Made by a program: the position numbers and the translations under genes | IMG/VR virus record: IMGVR_UViG_3300025652_000047 | Span: 1 to 64,000 of that record | Direction: 5' to 3' (one strand) | Length of the DNA: 64,000 nt | Source of the DNA: a virus | In this document: positions 1 through 8,972 of the stretch, one piece after another | How the letters are laid out: each line of letters begins with the position of its first letter | Position numbering within the stretch: the first letter of the stretch is position 1 | Notes under the pieces: model-generated | Database searches by the model: none | The model's input: the letters and a program-made list of their open reading frames with translations, nothing else | Told to the model about the DNA's origin: nothing

Positions 1-203
1 GACTTCTTCATTTTAAGGTATTTTTTCTAATAAGATACGTTCTCTAAATTTATTTTTTTCTTCTCTGTCATCTGTTATATAATTCAGTATGTGGCCAGCT
101 ATATGTATATATACTTTATCAGCAAATATCATAGACATGAGTGTGAGAAATAGACACAGCGGCACAACAAATGCAAATTCAAGAATAAATAATATTATTT
201 TAA

Positions 204-299
204 TCATAGTTTTTTAGTTTTTCTTACATAAAATGCGTCTCCTAATCTACTTTCCCATCTACCTTTGCTTATTATGTAAATATTATATTTCGGATTCAT
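204..299 (-). pseudogene. Truncated N-terminus (31 aa) of a GREB1-like/TET-associated glycosyltransferase
   Basis: Manual translation gives MNPKYNIYIISKGRWESRLGDAFYVRKTKKL*. The first 19 aa match the typical MNPKYPxYIxSKGRWESRL start of this phage GT family, then similarity stops. Confidence 0.65.
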
Positions 300-534
300 C
301 TTTATTGTAGTATTTTTTTTCAGAAAATGCAGAACGGTTTAATTTTGGAAACCAGTAATTTTCCTTAGATTTTTTTACATCTTGATTTATCAACTCACTA
401 AATGCAATCATATCATTTTTAGTTTTGAAATGAAGTTTAATAGTGTGTAATGGTATTTCAGGTTTCATTGAAAATGAGGGCATATCTTGCCATTCCTCAT
501 CCCAAAAGTCTTTATCATCAAATAATTTATTCAT
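283..534 (-). CDS. Small conserved phage protein usually encoded next to GREB1/TAGT-like glycosyltransferases
   Basis: W.EEWQ.MP.F...I.LHF....D...FSELI.Q......WFP pattern; overlaps the start of the GT fragment. Confidence 0.55.
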   Translation of the reverse strand: MNKLFDDKDFWDEEWQDMPSFSMKPEIPLHTIKLHFKTKNDMIAFSELINQDVKKSKENYWFPKLNRSAFSEKKYYNKDESEI

Positions 535-648
535 GTGTTTTTGTTTTCTAATTAGTAAAAAAGACTGCGTACATTAGCGTAATCATAACATGGTGTTTGA
601 TGCTATAAATTTATGAAAAATAAATTTCCATCACAATACACTTGTTCG

Positions 649-831
649 TTATCTGCAATCTATTTTTTGCCCACTATCCTTAATTAGTTCATATAGAGAT
701 ACTATTCCTTGCTCTATGTTTTTACGTCTTGTAGCATGGAAGTAAGACTCTTTAGTCTTATAACCAAAGAACTTGGCTATATCCTTATTGGTTATGCCAA
801 GTTCTTTTTTGATTTTCCTTATTGCCATCAT
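649..831 (-). CDS. Small HTH DNA-binding protein (probable start 831/828)
   Basis: IKKELGITNKDIAKFFGY xre-like HTH; the start overlaps the upstream stop (ATGATG). Confidence 0.6.
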   Translation of the reverse strand: MMAIRKIKKELGITNKDIAKFFGYKTKESYFHATRRKNIEQGIVSLYELIKDSGQKIDCR

Positions 832-1331
832 ATAGCACATGAAGTTAAAGCGATTGTTTGACCATTCACCCACTGACTATAAGTCAATCCCTTTGGGTTC
901 TTGAAAGACAAATAGTCTTTCTTGCATTGAGCTGCAAACTTTTCAAAACTCCAACCCTTGTATGCGTGACGTACAGCGATGAATAATGCTTTGACATCAT
1001 CAATATCAATAGACATATTGATACTTGGATCGTCTGCACTTGGATTTGCACCCAAAGCATAAATGCGTCTCTCAGCATCTACCAACGGGCTACATGGTGA
1101 ACTCAACTTAGAGAAGTTCTTGTAGAACATTCTACCAAATAAATCCAAATCCTTTTTGGTTTCACAATCACCAGAAAGAATGCACGTTGCATAATGAAAA
1201 GCTAATAGCTCTTCTTTAGCATTACCAATGTGACCATTGTCTAACACATAAACAATGTCATTAAGAATCTCCATGTGAGAATCCATAGAATCAAGAAGAG
1301 AAGAAACTGAAGAAGAGAAAGAATAAGCCAT
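828..1331 (-). CDS. Hypothetical protein (probable start MAYSF at 1331)
   Basis: ORF track 828..1397; the first ~60 nt overlap a promoter, so the ATG at 1331 is more likely. Confidence 0.55.
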   Translation of the reverse strand: MAYSFSSSVSSLLDSMDSHMEILNDIVYVLDNGHIGNAKEELLAFHYATCILSGDCETKKDLDLFGRMFYKNFSKLSSPCSPLVDAERRIYALGANPSADDPSINMSIDIDDVKALFIAVRHAYKGWSFEKFAAQCKKDYLSFKNPKGLTYSQWVNGQTIALTSCAI

Positions 1332-1394
1332 AATAAAAGAATTAAAAAGTAACTTGGCAATATTGCCGATATGATTATCTTTATAACCATGATT

Positions 1395-1426
1395 CAAATA
1401 TATAGTATATACTACACATAATCAAA
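1395..1426 (-). promoter_or_regulatory. Bacteroidota sigma-A type promoter
   Basis: Minus strand TTTG-N20-TATATTTG matches the -33 TTTG / -7 TAnnTTTG consensus. Confidence 0.7.
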
Positions 1427-1573
1427 TTGTTTCGACAAATAAACTTAGTATTAACTAAACTTTAACATTTCAAAGCTCCGCAACTCAAAAAAATAGACAG
1501 TAGATAACAATAGATATGATGTTCATAGGCTACGCCTACGCCACATATTATCAGCGTTAGCGGTAATGCGTTG

Positions 1574-1846
1574 CTAACTCATTTTGCAGCTACCCGTTAC
1601 CCATTCCATTTTTTTAACCAAGTCAGGTTTACTGAGTCCCTTCTTGCAATGGGCATTTATTAATTTCATTAAGTCGGTGTAGAAATCAGAAGCACTACCG
1701 CTAACACTCGCTAAATCCCCATCTGAGGCTAGTTTGTATTGATGGTAGTCTTCTGTAATCTTTTCCAGTTGTTTGCCTGTGTAGATTGATCTGTCAGTAT
1801 GTAGCATTATGCCGTTTACCTCAGTCATGTATTCTTTAAAAGTCAT
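1574..1846 (-). CDS. Hypothetical protein reading through an attC-like site
   Basis: The DLASVSGSAS peptide is encoded by the 1694-1715 repeat. Confidence 0.55.
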   Translation of the reverse strand: MTFKEYMTEVNGIMLHTDRSIYTGKQLEKITEDYHQYKLASDGDLASVSGSASDFYTDLMKLINAHCKKGLSKPDLVKKMEWVTGSCKMS

Positions 1847-2076
1847 ATTCTCGTTATTTATACCGCCTCAGACGGTGTTTAGCTTTTTCGTTGTAAAACA
1901 TTAAAACGATTTTACAACAACGTGTATAAATAATAAAAATTACTTACCTTTCAACTCTTTAAGTTCTTTCTGCATTTTATGTAATTCATTATTTGTGTCG
2001 GGTGTTGGGTAATCAATCATTTGTATTCTCCAAATTTCCTCTTGTATCTTTTGTTCTAATTCTTTAATTCTTTTTT

Positions 2077-2289
2077 TCATAATCCTGAATGTTTATCCAT
2101 TAATGCTTCAAATACACTATAATCATAATCCATATCATTTAGTATTTCTAATTGCTCATCTGTCATAGCTACACCATCATAATCTGCACTTGATATATAT
2201 GCATCTTCAAATTCAGGGTATTGAGAAGTATCTGCTTCTACTTGTATATTACTCACTAAATCTGGATTTAATATTATTTCTTCACTCAT
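2077..2289 (-). CDS. Conserved acidic Bacteroidota-phage protein
   Basis: YPEFEDAYISSADYDG..MTDEQL motif. Confidence 0.6.
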   Translation of the reverse strand: MSEEIILNPDLVSNIQVEADTSQYPEFEDAYISSADYDGVAMTDEQLEILNDMDYDYSVFEALMDKHSGL

Positions 2290-2600
2290 AATTTGTTTTG
2301 TTTATATCTTTTCATTCTTGTTAATTTGCTTTGAACTTCTGTTTTATTATGACAAGTTCTGCATTCTATTAACATGTTATCTAAATCCCATGCTAATTCA
2401 CTCATAGAGGACTCCTGAGCCTCTTTTACTGAGACTAGGTGGCTACAATCCAATCTAGTATTTGAAGCATTCCTACCGCATGTTTCGCAGTAGGGGTACT
2501 CCATAGATTCCCATTTATCTCTTTTACTTTTTTTGATTTTTATATCTATCTGGGATTTCTTCCATCTTTTATCATTTGAATCTGAGTATGTGTTACTCAT
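2286..2600 (-). CDS. HNH/NinG-like endonuclease
   Basis: CETC...LDCSH...N...ECRTCH zinc/HNH pattern. Confidence 0.75.
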   Translation of the reverse strand: MSNTYSDSNDKRWKKSQIDIKIKKSKRDKWESMEYPYCETCGRNASNTRLDCSHLVSVKEAQESSMSELAWDLDNMLIECRTCHNKTEVQSKLTRMKRYKQNKL

Positions 2601-2621
2601 TATCCTTTGTGTTTATTTCTA

Positions 2622-2948
2622 TCATGGTTTTTCTTTTAAATTCTCTGCATCTGCATAATAGTCAATTGCATTCCAGATATGACCCATTACAGATCCATTT
2701 TGTAATGACATTTCTAGTATATCTAATGCTTCTGGTTTTGTACATTCATAGCGTTCTTGTACGTCATCTATACACCAAAGGTTTTCTAATTGGTAATAAT
2801 TTTCTTTATGCTTTGGTAATTTATCTTTTCCATGTTCAATGGTTAACATATCAAATTCTGACTTTAATAACTCTATTTGTTTTTCTGACCCTTCAAATAT
2901 TATTTTACTCATGATAATTCTCTCTTTATAAGTGCTTCTTGAATGCAA
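2622..2948 (-). CDS. Hypothetical protein
   Basis: ORF in co-directional run; probable start near MSKIIF. Confidence 0.55.
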   Translation of the reverse strand: MHSRSTYKERIIMSKIIFEGSEKQIELLKSEFDMLTIEHGKDKLPKHKENYYQLENLWCIDDVQERYECTKPEALDILEMSLQNGSVMGHIWNAIDYYADAENLKEKP

Positions 2949-3226
2949 AGGTATACAATTAAATCTCCAATTTTCTCTTCAACTTTAGCAATAGAAACTG
3001 GTTTACCAGCATCTATATCATTAAGTATATCTCTATAACTTATTCTGTGCTTTAACATAAACCCATCTAGAATCCTAGTAGGGTTTTCTTCCATTTCTTG
3101 AGCACCTTCGTCAAAATTATGGAAAGGATTATTATTTCTAACATATTCAAGACCTTTAACTACTAATAATTCTTTAGTAGATTCTAATCTATTTTCAATT
3201 ACTTCTCTAAATTCTAATTGATTCAT
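2909..3226 (-). CDS. DUF1599/nucleotide-modification-associated all-alpha (MazG-like) protein
   Basis: LL..KG.EY....PFHNF ... KH ... EKIGDLIVYL motif. Confidence 0.55.
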   Translation of the reverse strand: MNQLEFREVIENRLESTKELLVVKGLEYVRNNNPFHNFDEGAQEMEENPTRILDGFMLKHRISYRDILNDIDAGKPVSIAKVEEKIGDLIVYLCIQEALIKRELS

Positions 3227-3244
3227 ATTTTTATTTTTAATTAA

Positions 3245-3277
3245 CTATAGGACAACTATTTCTAGTTGCCCTATAAT
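3245..3277 (-). terminator. Hairpin downstream of the OMP gene
   Basis: TATAGGACAACT / AGTTGCCCTATA inverted repeat. Confidence 0.5.
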
Positions 3278-3294
3278 TATTATTATTTAATGAT

Positions 3295-4707
3295 TTAATA
3301 CCCAGAGTTCTTGTTACTTTTGTACTTATAAACTTTAGGTATTACTACTTTCACATCTGCTTCACATTTACAACAGCAGTCTTCTATTTTAGCTGCTAAT
3401 GGTACAGTTCTCTGCTCAATTAACGCTATTACGTCTTCTACTGTAGTATAAGTAGGAACAATTGCTATTCCAACTGTATCAACTTTAAATCCTCTAGGTG
3501 AATAAATTTCATGATCAATACCATCTGGGAAGCTATCCCCATCACTATCCAATGTAACTCCCCTTGTACTAACTGGAAATCCTTCTATAGTATTAGGTTC
3601 TTCATCTAAGATATTAATAACGCCATCATTATCACTATCTGTAAAATCACAAATAGGTCTCTGTTTAAGATCAGATATATCATTCAAAGTAGAAGATAAA
3701 GGATTTAACCAATATAATGGCTCTGTTCTTTTATTAAAATCTCCCAAATTAAAAGATAATCTGATGTTTGTATAGTGAGCTATATCTGCATTATTAGTTT
3801 GATCAACTGCAGTTCTAAATTTAATACCATCTAAATAATCATTATCCTGTAACATTACTTGATGTTCTATACCTATGTTGAATCTTTTAGAAATTTTTCT
3901 AGATATACCCATTGAAGTAGTTAATACCACATGAAAGTTTATATCGTCCCCAAGTCTAAAGATTCCACTTTTTTTAAAACCTTCAGTTTCATAGTCTCCA
4001 TCATAAATTTCGTTTAAAGCATCTTTAATCTCAGCTCTTCCAGCTTTGGTATTAAACTTATCATTGGTCCATCCAATTGATTGTCTCAAGTTCGTGTATG
4101 GGTTACCATTTTCATCTAATAAATCTAACTTTGCTTGGTGATTGGCAAACCCTGCTCCTATAACCATGTACCAATTCCATGTGTTTCTGTGTTTATGAAA
4201 TAATATATTACCTATATTTAAAACACCTTGAATTGCTCCATATACTTGTCTAGTTTGATATTTTGGAAACCATTCTCCATCAGATAATCCTAATGAAGGG
4301 TTATAACTACTAAAAGTAGGTTCTATTAACCCACCACCTAATGAACTATGTTTAGAAGGTTGAGGATCAAATCCTGATGCTTTTCCATAGAATACATCTG
4401 CTCTAATAGAAAATGCATAATGAATTGATTTCCTCAAATGAAGACCTAATCCATAACCACCTGGAATAGCCATATCGGTATCCCCAGAAATAAAGAAATG
4501 ACCAAAGTGAACCCCAAGTTCCCAAGCATCTTTTGGTTTGGATGGATATATTGCTTCTCCTACTCTCCATTTTGCATTGTTGTCTGGGTCTACAGTCATT
4601 GAATCAGTAATAATGTCAATGGTTTTAATTGTATCACTATCTTGTGAGTAAATATTAGGGACAAATACCCCTAATACTACACACAGTAAATAAAATTGTT
4701 TTCTCAT
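3295..4707 (-). CDS. Host-derived OmpA-family outer-membrane beta-barrel protein with TSP3-like repeats, lacking the OmpA C-terminal domain
   Basis: Signal peptide; P.KPK..WELG.H.G; beta-strand pattern; EPLYWLNPL; DSDNDGV and LDSDGDSFPD Ca-binding repeats; ends in DCCCKC tail instead of OmpA_C. Confidence 0.75.
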   Translation of the reverse strand: MRKQFYLLCVVLGVFVPNIYSQDSDTIKTIDIITDSMTVDPDNNAKWRVGEAIYPSKPKDAWELGVHFGHFFISGDTDMAIPGGYGLGLHLRKSIHYAFSIRADVFYGKASGFDPQPSKHSSLGGGLIEPTFSSYNPSLGLSDGEWFPKYQTRQVYGAIQGVLNIGNILFHKHRNTWNWYMVIGAGFANHQAKLDLLDENGNPYTNLRQSIGWTNDKFNTKAGRAEIKDALNEIYDGDYETEGFKKSGIFRLGDDINFHVVLTTSMGISRKISKRFNIGIEHQVMLQDNDYLDGIKFRTAVDQTNNADIAHYTNIRLSFNLGDFNKRTEPLYWLNPLSSTLNDISDLKQRPICDFTDSDNDGVINILDEEPNTIEGFPVSTRGVTLDSDGDSFPDGIDHEIYSPRGFKVDTVGIAIVPTYTTVEDVIALIEQRTVPLAAKIEDCCCKCEADVKVVIPKVYKYKSNKNSGY

Positions 4708-4808
4708 AAAATTATATTAAATAATTATTTTTAATTAACGATTGTAATGTACTGGAGTAGGTACTGTACCTATAGTTCTCCAACGTCTTCTTCTAAACTT
4801 CCTTTTCA

Positions 4809-5063
4809 TTAGTTTCTAATCTTAAAATACTCTCCTTTGAAAGCTAATGCTAATGTATTATTAGGGCTTACACTGATCTTTCTACCGTCTTTAGTCTTAA
4901 ATCTCATATTCCCTAACTCATTTTGTAAGTTATTTAAATAAGGTTTTACAGTTTCAAATCTATTTCTACCTGCTTTTGTTGTAAAAGCAATATCAAATTG
5001 TTTACTACCGTTTTCTTTAATCATATTAACGGCTCTTGTTCTTCTAATGTACTTAATTTTCAT
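4809..5063 (-). CDS. Hypothetical basic protein (SH3-like)
   Basis: F.IAFTTKAG..R pattern; ORF track. Confidence 0.5.
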   Translation of the reverse strand: MKIKYIRRTRAVNMIKENGSKQFDIAFTTKAGRNRFETVKPYLNNLQNELGNMRFKTKDGRKISVSPNNTLALAFKGEYFKIRN

Positions 5064-5074
5064 TGTTTATATAT

Positions 5075-5476
5075 TTATTTTTTTAAAAAATAAGACCTTT
5101 GGAGGTAACCTGCTCCATGTCTTGGGTTTGTATACTCTATATATTCTACTTTTAATTCGTTTAAAGCATTACATAATTCAGTTGTATAATAATCTTGACC
5201 TACTTGTATTAAATAAGCACCGCAATCATAAGTACTATATGAATTTGCTTTTTGTTCTGGAGTTACTAAAGTATCTTGCATAAATTCAAGTATCTCTTTC
5301 CAGTCTGACCTATTTTTTGCATTAACCCAATTATAAAATTCAAATAACCCACATCCTCCTTTTGGGTTATTAGTTTCTCCTATTGTATAGTCAGTTTCTT
5401 CTTCTCTTATTAAAAAATTAGTATGCCATCTACCTTTAGTAGTTTTTTCTTTAACGTATTTAGATACTTTCTCCAT
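5075..5476 (-). CDS. Hypothetical protein
   Basis: ORF in operon. Confidence 0.6.
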   Translation of the reverse strand: MEKVSKYVKEKTTKGRWHTNFLIREEETDYTIGETNNPKGGCGLFEFYNWVNAKNRSDWKEILEFMQDTLVTPEQKANSYSTYDCGAYLIQVGQDYYTTELCNALNELKVEYIEYTNPRHGAGYLQRSYFLKK

Positions 5477-5699
5477 TTTTTATTAGTTTTTTATATTCTT
5501 CAACTATAACTTCTTTCCTTATTTTACACCTATGTGGAGTAAATAATCCTGCAGCATCTGGTTCTAAGAACCTTTTTTGTATCTGAGGGATATAATTGAA
5601 TTTTAATTGGTAATATATTTCTAACATAGATACTAACTCTATGTCTTCATCATCTCTAGCCTTATTAATTCTAAGACTAATTGCTTTTCTATCTGTCAT
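5460..5699 (-). CDS. Hypothetical protein
   Basis: ORF in operon. Confidence 0.55.
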   Translation of the reverse strand: MTDRKAISLRINKARDDEDIELVSMLEIYYQLKFNYIPQIQKRFLEPDAAGLFTPHRCKIRKEVIVEEYKKLIKNGESI

Positions 5700-5702
5700 A
5701 AA

Positions 5703-7355
5703 TTAACTTTCACATGCTATACAAGAGTTTATTTCTCTAGCAAAATTCTGAGCTTCAGACTCTCCTATTTGGTAATATAATGTTTTTACACCTTCTTTCC
5801 AAGCTGTAATATACAATTGATTAATATCTTTTATAGATATATCATCATGTATACTTAAATTTAAACTTTGGGATTGATCTATAAACTTCTGTCTTTGTGC
5901 AGCTTGAGTTATTATTTCCATAGGACTAATTTCTACAAAGCTTTTAAATACTTCTTTATTAGGAATATCTAAATGCTGTACAGAACCATTATTATCAAGT
6001 ATAGACTTCCATATAGTAGGTGTATTCTTACCTATAGATTCTAAATGTCTAAGTAATGTAGGATTTTTGTATACTGATTTTACTTTAGCAGTATCCTTTA
6101 CAAAGTAATTAGAAGTTATAGGTTCTATACCTAACGATACTTGTCCAAGTATAAAGCTAGAACTCTTAGTAGGTGCAATAGCCATAGTAGTTGTATTTGC
6201 TCTACCTTCAATATAACTATTACTTATTCCTAATTCTGTATGACAATACTCAGAAGCTTTATAGGAGTCTTTCTTTAGGGTTTTAAATACTTCTTGGTTA
6301 AATTGTTTAGCTTTTATAGATTCAAACTCTATAAAATGCTCTTGTAAGTAACTATGGTATCCTAAAACTCCTATTCCAATTGCTCTATGGTTCTCTGCAA
6401 ATCTTACTGCTCTACCCATTCCTGGTAAATTCTTAGCTTTATTAATAAAATCTTGCATTACTGCATTTAAAAATAAAGTATAACAATGAATAGCATTTGT
6501 ATCTTTTATTTCATCCCAATGTAGTAAATTAATACTACCTAAGCAACATACAAATGATTCATCTATATTACTAGGTAAACATATTTCTGAACAAAGATTA
6601 GATGCTAGTATAATTTCCTCTTTATAAGGACTATTATCATTTACATTATCTTTGAAAAATATATAAGGGTAGCCTACTTCTTTTCTGCTTTCTATTAACT
6701 TAGCCCATACTACTCTTGAATGCTGATCTCCAGCTATCATCTTTTCCATAAAAGAATTCCCTACACATATACCATGTTGTAAATTCTGTATATCATTACC
6801 TTCTTTTCCAATATCTAAAAATTCTAGTATATCGTCATGTTCAATATCTAAATATATAGCACAAGCCCCTCTACGAGCTTCAGCCTGCTTACATTTATCT
6901 ATTATGGTATCAAATATATGGGAATAGTGTGTAGGACCGTCAGCAAGCCCTCCTGTGCTAATAGGAGTACCTCTAGGTCTAATTGCAGATACATATGCAG
7001 ATGTACCTCCTCCATACTTAGACATCATTCCTAATTCTCTACCCATATTAAGGATAGAATCTAAAGAATCATCACAGTAAGAACCATAGCAGCTAATAGC
7101 TAGTCCATCTTTCCTACCAAAGTTAGTCCATACAGGAGTACTAAAGGAATAATATCCTAAACTTGCGTAATTATAAAATTCAGTTACAAAAGATTGTCCT
7201 AATCCAAGTATGGAAGCTGCATTTTCAGCCATATCTTGAATTCTGGATTCACCTGTTTCATTTTCTTTTAAGTATCCTCTACTTAAAAAAGTTCTACTCT
7301 CTTCATTTAACCAGTAGAATGGCTTTCTGTCTTTATTAATCATCGAATAAGTCAT
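5703..7355 (-). CDS. nrdA: Ribonucleoside-diphosphate reductase class I, alpha subunit (no ATP-cone)
   Basis: FSTPVW.N.G, ISCY, GGGT, SNLCSEI, AIAPT.SSS, C-terminal CIAC. Confidence 0.95.
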   Translation of the reverse strand: MTYSMINKDRKPFYWLNEESRTFLSRGYLKENETGESRIQDMAENAASILGLGQSFVTEFYNYASLGYYSFSTPVWTNFGRKDGLAISCYGSYCDDSLDSILNMGRELGMMSKYGGGTSAYVSAIRPRGTPISTGGLADGPTHYSHIFDTIIDKCKQAEARRGACAIYLDIEHDDILEFLDIGKEGNDIQNLQHGICVGNSFMEKMIAGDQHSRVVWAKLIESRKEVGYPYIFFKDNVNDNSPYKEEIILASNLCSEICLPSNIDESFVCCLGSINLLHWDEIKDTNAIHCYTLFLNAVMQDFINKAKNLPGMGRAVRFAENHRAIGIGVLGYHSYLQEHFIEFESIKAKQFNQEVFKTLKKDSYKASEYCHTELGISNSYIEGRANTTTMAIAPTKSSSFILGQVSLGIEPITSNYFVKDTAKVKSVYKNPTLLRHLESIGKNTPTIWKSILDNNGSVQHLDIPNKEVFKSFVEISPMEIITQAAQRQKFIDQSQSLNLSIHDDISIKDINQLYITAWKEGVKTLYYQIGESEAQNFAREINSCIACES

Positions 7356-8316
7356 TTGCGGTTATTGATTTTGTTTTCTTAGTATAATCTATTGATCTTT
7401 TATAGAATATATCTCCTTCCTTTTTACTTTGTAATTCTACATCAAACCATAGAGTTGATTTTAAAAGGCTTTCGTCTATATCAAATTCTTTATCATATCC
7501 TATACTTTCTAAACTATTATTAAATCTGTTCTTTATAAACTCTTGGACTACTTTTACAGGTAAGAAATCTAATTTCCCCTCTTCAAATATCCAATCTAGT
7601 ACTTTACATTCTGCTTTATAAGCTTTCTGAACTGCAGATCTTATTAATTCTTCAAATTCTGAATCAAACCATTCTGGGTTTTCTTTTTTAATTATATTAA
7701 TTAATTCAGATCCAAACTGTCCATGTATTGTTTCTTCTTTACTAGTTGCTTGAACTACATTATCCATTCCACTAAGTACATTAAGCTCTTTGTTGAAAGA
7801 CATTATAATTAAGAATTGACTAAATAAAGATACATTCTCTATAAATAAACTAAATAATAATACGGACTTAGTAAACATTTTATTATCTCTACTTCTAGTA
7901 CCATCTAAATACTTATTTAAGTACTTTATTCTAGCTTGAATAGCAGGTACTTCTACTACAGTTTCAAATTCTCTCTGCAATCCAAGTTTCTCTATTAGGA
8001 AACTATAAGCATCAAAATGTCGTACTTCACTATCTGAAAAAGTAGCTCCAGTTGCTTGAATTTCAAGTACGGGGAGTCTTTTATACAGATCTCCCCAGAA
8101 TGCTTTTACGTTAACTTCTATTTGAGATATAGCTAACATTGCTCTTTTTATAACTTCTCTTTGTACTGGTGTTAGAGTAGTTTTATAATCAGATATATCA
8201 TTAGTTAGATTAAATTCAGTATGTAACCAGTAACTATGCCTTATTGCTTCCTTATATTTGAGTAGTTGAGGATATTCATAAGGTAATAAGGTTTTTCTTT
8301 CTTTAAATATTCCCAT
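7336..8316 (-). CDS. nrdB: Ribonucleotide reductase class I, beta subunit
   Basis: PYEYP, SQIE, SEVRH..AY, FIENVSLFSQF, KEETIH di-metal ligands. Confidence 0.95.
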   Translation of the reverse strand: MGIFKERKTLLPYEYPQLLKYKEAIRHSYWLHTEFNLTNDISDYKTTLTPVQREVIKRAMLAISQIEVNVKAFWGDLYKRLPVLEIQATGATFSDSEVRHFDAYSFLIEKLGLQREFETVVEVPAIQARIKYLNKYLDGTRSRDNKMFTKSVLLFSLFIENVSLFSQFLIIMSFNKELNVLSGMDNVVQATSKEETIHGQFGSELINIIKKENPEWFDSEFEELIRSAVQKAYKAECKVLDWIFEEGKLDFLPVKVVQEFIKNRFNNSLESIGYDKEFDIDESLLKSTLWFDVELQSKKEGDIFYKRSIDYTKKTKSITANDLFDD

Positions 8317-8323
8317 TATTAGT

Positions 8324-8719
8324 TTATTTTAAATATTTATTTATAAATTCAAGTTCTCTAAATGCGGTTCCGTCTACTCCTGTAATAGGAGTATAAACAT
8401 TACTAGGTCTTGTAAATACTCTATATACTGTAGTAGTTCTAACTTTTGGACATCCATAAAATGCGTAAGTTTTTTCATTTAAAATACTTTGTACAAAATT
8501 GTCTTTAGTTAGTCTAGGAAAATACCCTTTAGCAATTCCAAATAGGGCATCTATAGACCTATATCCACCTTGATGAAAAGCTGTAGATGTGCATTTTTTA
8601 TCCCAAAAAGTATTATTCTTAGTAGTTTCGTCGTGGTATCCAAAAGTACGTTCATTATAAATATAATTTACTACATCTATAGCTCTTTTAGGAGTTTTTT
8701 TTATATATTGTCTTTTCAT
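8324..8719 (-). CDS. Hypothetical protein, paralog of 21447..21866
   Basis: Shared KCT...H...G.YRSIDA and C..V....YRV motifs. Confidence 0.65.
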   Translation of the reverse strand: MKRQYIKKTPKRAIDVVNYIYNERTFGYHDETTKNNTFWDKKCTSTAFHQGGYRSIDALFGIAKGYFPRLTKDNFVQSILNEKTYAFYGCPKVRTTTVYRVFTRPSNVYTPITGVDGTAFRELEFINKYLK

Positions 8720-8972
8720 CTATTAGTTCTTTATATACTGCAGCTTCAGAGTAATTTTCAGCATCAACAGCTTGTTTTAATAATCTATGTAATTCTTCTA
8801 CATCATTTTCTACTATAGTTCGGTCTATAGTTCGTATGACTCCATTTTCTACATCCCATGCTTTTTCTACAGTACAGACCCCGTCAATTTCCTTTTTAAA
8901 CTCTCTATCTGGCAATCTGTCTGGTATAGGATGAATAAAGCCATCAAAGTATTCATCAAATATTGTTATCAT
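8688..8972 (-). CDS. Protein with C-terminal UVR (UvrB/UvrC) coiled-coil motif
   Basis: L...L.QAV.AENY.EAA.YK..I. Confidence 0.65.
   Translation of the reverse strand: MITIFDEYFDGFIHPIPDRLPDREFKKEIDGVCTVEKAWDVENGVIRTIDRTIVENDVEELHRLLKQAVDAENYSEAAVYKELIDEKTIYKKNS

Larger units (their letters stand above)
581..1930. repeat. Array of attC-like palindromic sites delimiting cassette-like segments
   Basis: Paired core sites GTTATCTGCAAT(648)/ACAGTAGATAAC(1497), GTTAGCGGTAAT(1556)/ACTACCGCTAAC(1694), GTTGTAAAACAT(1890)/ACGATTTTACAAC(1906); imperfect hairpins 583-650 and 1502-1562. Confidence 0.55.

Noticed and set aside
4750-4785. tRNA-like hairpin upstream of the OMP gene
   Set aside because: The T-loop is degenerate (TACAGTA) and there are no other arms; at most a simple regulatory hairpin.
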